Both the position numbers and the translations under genes were made by a program. Below are positions 33,151-39,316 of a DNA stretch of 39,316 bases, one piece after another (position 1 is the stretch's first letter; every line of letters begins with the position of its first letter). The notes beneath the pieces were generated by a model. That model was not told where the DNA came from. It saw only the letters and a list, made by a program, of their open reading frames with translations, and did not search any database. The DNA is from Octopus bimaculoides (Eukaryota). The stretch is from assembly GCF_001194135.2 (NCBI RefSeq), contig NC_068981.1, forward strand, positions 196,469,284 through 196,508,599, read 5' to 3'.

Positions 33151-34843
33151 CTGCTACTTCTGTGTTTGAACCCCTAAATTACTGTGGCTTGAATGAAATA
33201 AGCCAGCCTTAATGGGGCTGAAGAATCGATATTTACTTTAAGAGGGAACTCATTCCAGCAGATGCGAGCAACCTGAGTCACTTGAATAAGTTTATTAAGA
33301 ATAATCTACGTTTCGGGAAATAATCTACCTATTTATGGGGAATGATCTACTTCAGCAGAAATAATCAAGTTGAAACAATGTATTATCAAGAAATGCACCA
33401 CTTATACTGTTACCCAAACTATCACCAACTTTTTTTAAAGCCGATACAACAATCACAGACGCGAGACACAACCACCAGCATCATCATCCATACCATCACC
33501 GCCACCACCTTCATCACCACTTCCGCCACAACCACCACCAACAACAACACTCACCGACGCGAGACACAACCACCAGCGCCACCGTCCATACCATTAACAC
33601 CGTCACCTTCACCACCACCACCACNNNNNNNNNNNNNNNNNNNNNNNNNNNNNNNNNNNNNNNNNNNNNNNNNNNNNNNNNNNNNNNNNNNNNNNNNNNN
33701 NNNNNNNNNNNNNNNNNNNNNNNNNNNNNNNNNNNNNNNNNNNNNNNNNNNNNNNNNNNNNNNNNNNNNNNNNNNNNNNNNNNNNNNNNNNNNNNNNNNN
33801 NNNNNNNNNNNNNNNNNNNNNNNNNNNNNNNNNNNNNNNNNNNNNNNNNNNNNNNNNNNNNNNNNNNNNNNNNNNNNNNNNNNNNNNNNNNNNNNNNNNN
33901 NNNNNNNNNNNNNNNNNNNNNNNNNNNNNNNNNNNNNNNNNNNNNNNNNNNNNNNNNNNNNNNNNNNNNNNNNNNNNNNNNNNNNNNNNNNNNNNNNNNN
34001 NNNNNNNNNNNNNNNNNNNNNNNNNNNNNNNNNNNNNNNNNNNNNNNNNNNNNNNNNNNNNNNNNNNNNNNNNNNNNNNGATGTATGTTACCGTCTTTTG
34101 TTTTTAAAGTAAATTTCAACACGAGATAACACTGCCAGCACCACCACCACCCCAACCACTTACCCACGCCACCCCCAACCACTTACCCACGCCACCCCCA
34201 CCACCAACAACATTACAACCACCACCACCACCACCACTACCACCACTGCCACCACCGCCGTCAAAAAAATCGAATCACGGAAAGAACACAAGAAGAAGAA
34301 TATGTTACATTAAGTGGAAAAGATATTATTAATATATATATCAGCAAGTTTCACCGATAATGGAGATGTGGGTGGGAGACGGGTGGATGTGATGGGGACA
34401 GCAGTTCATACACACACACATATGTATATATACATATACATTTATATATATATACACACACATATATATATATAGAGAGAGAGAGAGAAGAGAGATTTAT
34501 GTTGATACATATACGTGTATATATGTAATTATTAATACCTACATCATAATAGCTCTCTATATATAATTGTATTTTACACACACACATACACACAAATGTG
34601 TGTGTATGTGTGTGTGTGTATATATATATATTAAATACACATACACATGTAGTCATAAGAATATACGTACTTAAGTAGATTTAAACGTACATACATTCTT
34701 GTGTAGAGAGAGGTAATTAAGCGTTTACTTAAGCATTCTTCTCACACACGTACACACACTCACTCACACACACACATACACACATATATAAATAGGTATA
34801 TATACGTATAAATATATGTATGTACGTATAAATATACATTAAT

Positions 34844-34894
<51 letters not shown>

Positions 34895-35399
34895 NNNNNN
34901 NNNNNNNNNNNNNNNNNNNNNNNNNNNNNNNNNNNNNNNNNNNNNNNNNNNNNNNNNNNNNNNNNNNNNNNNNNNNNNNNNNNNNNNNNNNNNNNNNNNN
35001 NNNNNNNNNNNNNNNNNNNNNNNNNNNNNNNNNNNNNNNNNNNNNNNNNNNNNNNNNNNNNNNNNNNNNNNNNNNNNNNNNNNNNNNNNNNNNNNNNNNN
35101 NNNNNNNNNNNNNNNNNNNNNNNNNNNNNNNNNNNNNNNNNNNNNNNNNNNNNNNNNNNNNNNNNNNNNNNNNNNNNNNNNNNNNNNNNNNNNNNNNNNN
35201 NNNNNNNNNNNNNNNNNNNNNNNNNNNNNNNNNNNNNNNNNNNNNNNNNNNNNNNNNNNNNNNNNNNNNNNNNNNNNNNNNNNNNNNNNNNNNNNNNNNN
35301 NNNNNNNNNNNNNNNNNNNNNNNNNNNNNNNNNNNNNNNNNNNNNNNNNNNNNNNNNNNNNNNNNNNNNNNNNNNNNNNNNNNNNNNNNNNNNNNNNNN

Positions 35400-35445
<46 letters not shown>

Positions 35446-35510
35446 TCTCATACATTCTTACCTCTCATCATACCCACCCACCTACCCACCTACCTACATA
35501 CATACATACA

Positions 35511-35888
35511 TCGTGGCACTCCGTCGGTTACGACGTCGAGGGTTCCAGTCGATCCGATCAACGGAACAGCCTGCTCGTGAAATTAACGTGCAAGTGGCTG
35601 AGCACTCCACAGACACGTGTACCCTTAACGTAGTTCTCGGGGATATTCAGCATGACACAGTGTGACAAGGCTGGCCCCTTTGAATTACAGGTACAACAGA
35701 AAGAGGAAGAAAGAGTGAAAGTTGTGGTGAAAGAGTACAGCGGGGTTCGCCATCACCCCCTGCCGGAGCATCGTGGAGCTTTAGGTGTTTTCGCTCAATA
35801 AACACTCACAACGCCCGGTCTGGGAATCGAAACCGCAATCCTTCGACCGCAAGCTCGCTGCCCTAACCACTGGGCCATTGCACCTCCA
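35511..35888 (-). mobile_element. Full-length SINE-C variant with a different central domain
   Basis: Head TGGAGGTGCAATGGCCCAGTGGTTAGGGCAGCG...GGTTTCGATTCCC. The 3' ~185 bp match 24508-24690 but the middle does not. (ATGT)n tail. Confidence 0.9.
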
Positions 35889-35994
35889 ACCATACATTAC
35901 AAATGATTACTGAAGGTTTTTCACTCAGGATCTTTACCCGTCTGATGGGGTCAGAAGTGACTCCGATTAGCATTTCATACGGGCTGAGCAGTGG

Positions 35995-36039
35995 CACACT
36001 TTACACACACTCAGTCTCTCTCTCTCTCTCTCTCTCTCA

Positions 36040-36073
<34 letters not shown>

Positions 36074-36104
36074 TTTTCTCATTCTCTCTCTCTATCTCTC
36101 TCTT

Positions 36105-36139
<35 letters not shown>

Positions 36140-36157
36140 TTCTCTCTCTCTCTCCCT

Positions 36158-36248
<91 letters not shown>

Positions 36249-36270
36249 TCTCTCTCTCCCTCTCTCTCTC
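35995..36270. repeat. Long (CT)n-rich microsatellite
   Basis: Read directly from the sequence. Confidence 0.97.
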
Positions 36271-36309
36271 ACACACACGCATGTATATAGTAATAACTTT
36301 TATATTCGG

Positions 36310-37038
36310 GTATACTCACAGTATTCGGCCATGTACATCTCCCAAAATTACTGCAGAGCTTAATGACCACCTCGAGAACCCAGTTTCCACAAAAGCTATT
36401 CGCCAGGAGCTGCACAAAGCCGGATTTCACGGGAGAGCTGCAATCAGAAAACCACTACTTTGAAAAGCAAACGTTGTAAAGCGTTTAGAGTGGAGTAAAA
36501 GCCCACAGATTTGGTCCCTAGAGCAGTGGAAGAATGTCATTTTCTCGAACGAGTCATCCTTTATCTTATTTCTGACCACAGTCCGAGTTTACGTGTGGAA
36601 ACAGCCAAAAGATGCATTTGACCCACACTGCCACTCGCAGTTGCGAAACTGATTCTGGAGGGAAACGCAATCTTTCAGGATGATAATGCACCAATTCACA
36701 CAGCTAAAGTTGTTACTGAATGGCACGAGGAACATTCTAGTGAAGTTGAACATCTTATGTGGCCACCACAGTCTCCAGATCTCAATATTATTGAACATTT
36801 ATGGTACATTTTAGAAAAACAAGTAAGGAGTCGATATCCTCCACCATCATCACTACAAGAACTGGAGACTGTTTTAGCTGAAGAATGGACAAAAATTCCT
36901 TCGGAAACAATTCAAACTTTGTACGAGTCCATACCTCGTAGAATTCAAGCTGTAATTACTGTCAGAGGTGGTCCTACTCCATATTAAATTAAGTTTGTTT
37001 GAAATTTTAAGGTATTTCCATTATTTTGTCCAACCCTG
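36310..37038 (+). mobile_element. Decayed Tc1-like transposon: 3' part with transposase remnant (DD36E spacing) and right TIR
   Basis: Reads ITAELNDHLENPVSTKAIRQELHKAGFHGRAAIRKPLL*...WKNVIFSNESSF (first D mutated to N), then an internal deletion, then GNAIFQDDNAPIHTAKVVTEWHEEHSSEVEHLMWPPQSPDLNIIEHLW...RGGPTPY*. The TIR ...GGTATTTCCATTATTTTGTCCAACCCTG ends at 37038 and is followed by TA. Confidence 0.92.
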
Positions 37039-37367
37039 TATATATATATAAATATAGTGGAATAATAAAAAGAAGGTTCTTGGTACATTCTTACATATTT
37101 TCTTAACATAATCTTAAAAATAACACATATATATATATAAATGCGCGCGTGTATATCTATATATATATATATATAAATGCGTGTGTGTGCGTGTGTGTAT
37201 GCATGTACACATGATGTATGTAGGTATGTCTGTCTGTATGTACGTATGTCGTTATTCAGTTTATTTCAAGATTTCTTGGCAATAGAGAAAGAACTGGTTT
37301 CTAACCTAGATCCAAGGTTCCTTCATTGGAATTTCAACATCAACAACATGGTATTTTTGTATGTATG

Positions 37368-37401
<34 letters not shown>

Positions 37402-37584
37402 TGTATGTATGCAGGCATGTATGTAAGTAGGTAGGTAGGTAGGTAGGTAGGTAGGTAGGTAGGTAAAAACAATGCTTATATATGCAAATATACATATATA
37501 TTTGCATATATAAGCATTGTTCTTTTGAAACAACCTACAAGTGCTACCTGTAGAAAGCTTGGCATACCGAATGCTACCAATGTT

Positions 37585-37790
37585 ATGGGTCATCTGGAAA
37601 GAATCTGCGCCATTTCAGGGCCTTCCCCTCGCACTGGTTCCCTCTCGCTGAGATGGTTTCCCCATTTGATCAATCAACTGGTCACTAAGCTTCGCTCAAT
37701 ACTCTTCTAGCCATTGCCCATCGTCTGTTCTTAACGAAATCCATCGGTTTGCCTTCTCCACTGTAATCTGGTTACCGATCATGGTGGTAT
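37585..37790 (-). mobile_element. RTE-type LINE 3'-end fragment
   Basis: Across frameshifts the minus strand reads RW...RTDDGQW(A)RRVL...PSQREGTSARGRP, matching the RTE C-terminal R.RW.GHV.R....RW...VL.W.P..G.R.RGRP pattern. Confidence 0.55.
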
Positions 37791-38118
37791 TTGCTTAACG
37801 ACCACTGAGGCCTGGTGACCACAAAAGTCGCTTCTCACTGTTTCCGATTAAACCTCTACACCCCACTACTCTGCTTTCCACCAGGATGTGCTTATAATGG
37901 TGGATATTTCAAGTCCGGGCGGCGATCATAGTAACCCCATGAGGAACCGTGGACTCGACTAGATTTTCTACTTTCTCTATCTAAGCATATATACCTATAT
38001 ATATTCTTTTATCATTTTATTCTTCTACCGGTTTTAGAAACTGGGGCCATACTGGAGCACCGTCTTTCAGTGTTTTGGAGTCTCTTGTCCGTGTATTCTA
38101 TAATAACTCAGTATGATC

Positions 38119-38415
38119 GAACTTTTTGTCATCCTCATCTTTCAGGATCAAGGCTATAGTAGAAGACACTTGCCCAAGGTGCCACGCAGTGGGACTGAAG
38201 CCGGAACCATGTGGCTGGGAAGCAAACTTCTTACCACACAGCCACGCTTGCGCCTTATATATACTGTTCTAAAATCTTAGATACAGGAGTGGTTGTGTGG
38301 TAAGTAGCTTGCTTACCAACCACATGGTTCCGGGTTCATTCCCACTGCGTGGCACTTTGGACAAGTGTCTTCTACTATAGCCTTGATCGTCAAAGATGAG
38401 GATTACAAAAAGTTC
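38119..38415. repeat. Inverted repeat of two head-to-head SINE-B 5' fragments plus shared non-SINE flank; arms 38119-38245 and 38289-38415
   Basis: Left gaactttttgtcatcctcatctttcaggatcaaggctatagtagaagac... versus right ...gtcttctactatagccttgatcgtcaaagatgaggattacaaaaagttc. Confidence 0.9.
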
Positions 38416-38513
38416 TCAAGGATCGAAACCGGTTCTGTAATGTTCTTTATAAAAGTATTTTAGCATTTTCTACTTTTTTCCATATATATCTAATCGTGTG
38501 TTCCTCTTCAACC

Positions 38514-38559
<46 letters not shown>

Positions 38560-38899
38560 GTATATATATATATGTATATATATATCCACGTATTAAATGT
38601 AAGAATACTGGCAGCTTTCCACATAATAATCTTTAGAGTGGAAAGTAACTTCATGGAAGTCCCAACATTGGGCGAAAATTTTGGAATATAACTGGATACA
38701 CACACACACACATACACATACACATTTTATATGCATGCATACACACACTCATGCATGTGTGTGCATGTGTGTGTGGGTGGGTGTGTGCATAAAATGCTTA
38801 TATATGTATATGTATATATGCATATATATGTATATATACCCATCCGCACATAAATAAATACACACACGCACACCTATACAAACACACATGTATATACAT

Positions 38900-38955
<56 letters not shown>

Positions 38956-39124
38956 ACACACACACATACACACACATATATATTTATATGTGTAGATATG
39001 TAGATTATCTCGCCGGTATATTAAAAGATGTTAGTGTATATATTAGATATAAAATAACGAGAATTTCAATTAACATCAAAACTATATTTCAACAACAAAA
39101 TATTTTTGTGTTGTTGTTGCTGTT

Positions 39125-39161
39125 GGTGATGATGATGATAATGACGATGACGATGATGATG

Positions 39162-39193
<32 letters not shown>

Positions 39194-39316
39194 AATGACG
39201 ATGACGACGATGATGATGATGATGATGATGATGGTGGTTGTGCTGATGATGATGGTGGTGGTGATGGTGGTGGTGGTGGTGATGGTGGTGGTGGTGGTGG
39301 TGATGGTGGTGGTGGT
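39125..39316. repeat. (GAT)n grading into (GGT)n microsatellite
   Basis: Read directly from the sequence; runs to the end of the window. Confidence 0.95.

Noticed and set aside
33455-34200. Short direct repeats (gacgcgagacacaaccaccagc twice; ccacttacccacgccacccccaa twice)
   Set aside because: They are slippage duplications within low-complexity CAC-rich DNA.

Overview
AT-rich, microsatellite-saturated animal genomic DNA with about a dozen N-gaps. The SINE families and repeat density point to an octopod cephalopod genome, probably Octopus; this is an inference from recognition, not a database result. I can support no intact protein-coding gene; almost all supplied ORFs are microsatellite, SINE or N-gap artefacts. 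Recognisable content: (1) about 20 copies of one tRNA-derived SINE ('SINE-A'), about 10 of a second with an internal (TA)n ('SINE-B'), and 3 of a third ('SINE-C'); (2) decayed LINE fragments: R4/Dong-type (CCHC plus restriction-like endonuclease, RLE), CR1-type and RTE-type; (3) decayed DNA transposons: a DD37D maT element, a Tc1-like element with DD36E spacing, and the 5' end of a Chapaev3-like element; (4) two tRNA pseudogenes, one a tRNA-Lys(UUU) with a 19-nt insertion at the canonical 37/38 intron site; (5) three long fold-back inverted repeats; (6) a few plus-strand splice-site-bounded candidate exons and YY1/ETS-like promoter motifs. I found no convincing new multi-gene system. The best leads are the intron-bearing tRNA-Lys, the fold-backs that copy SINE plus flank, SINE-A joining other SINE-A copies at the same site, the DD36E element, and a two-exon candidate ORF with one in-frame TGA. 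SINE names A/B/C are my own labels, and repeat boundaries are approximate (about 10-20 bp) unless stated.
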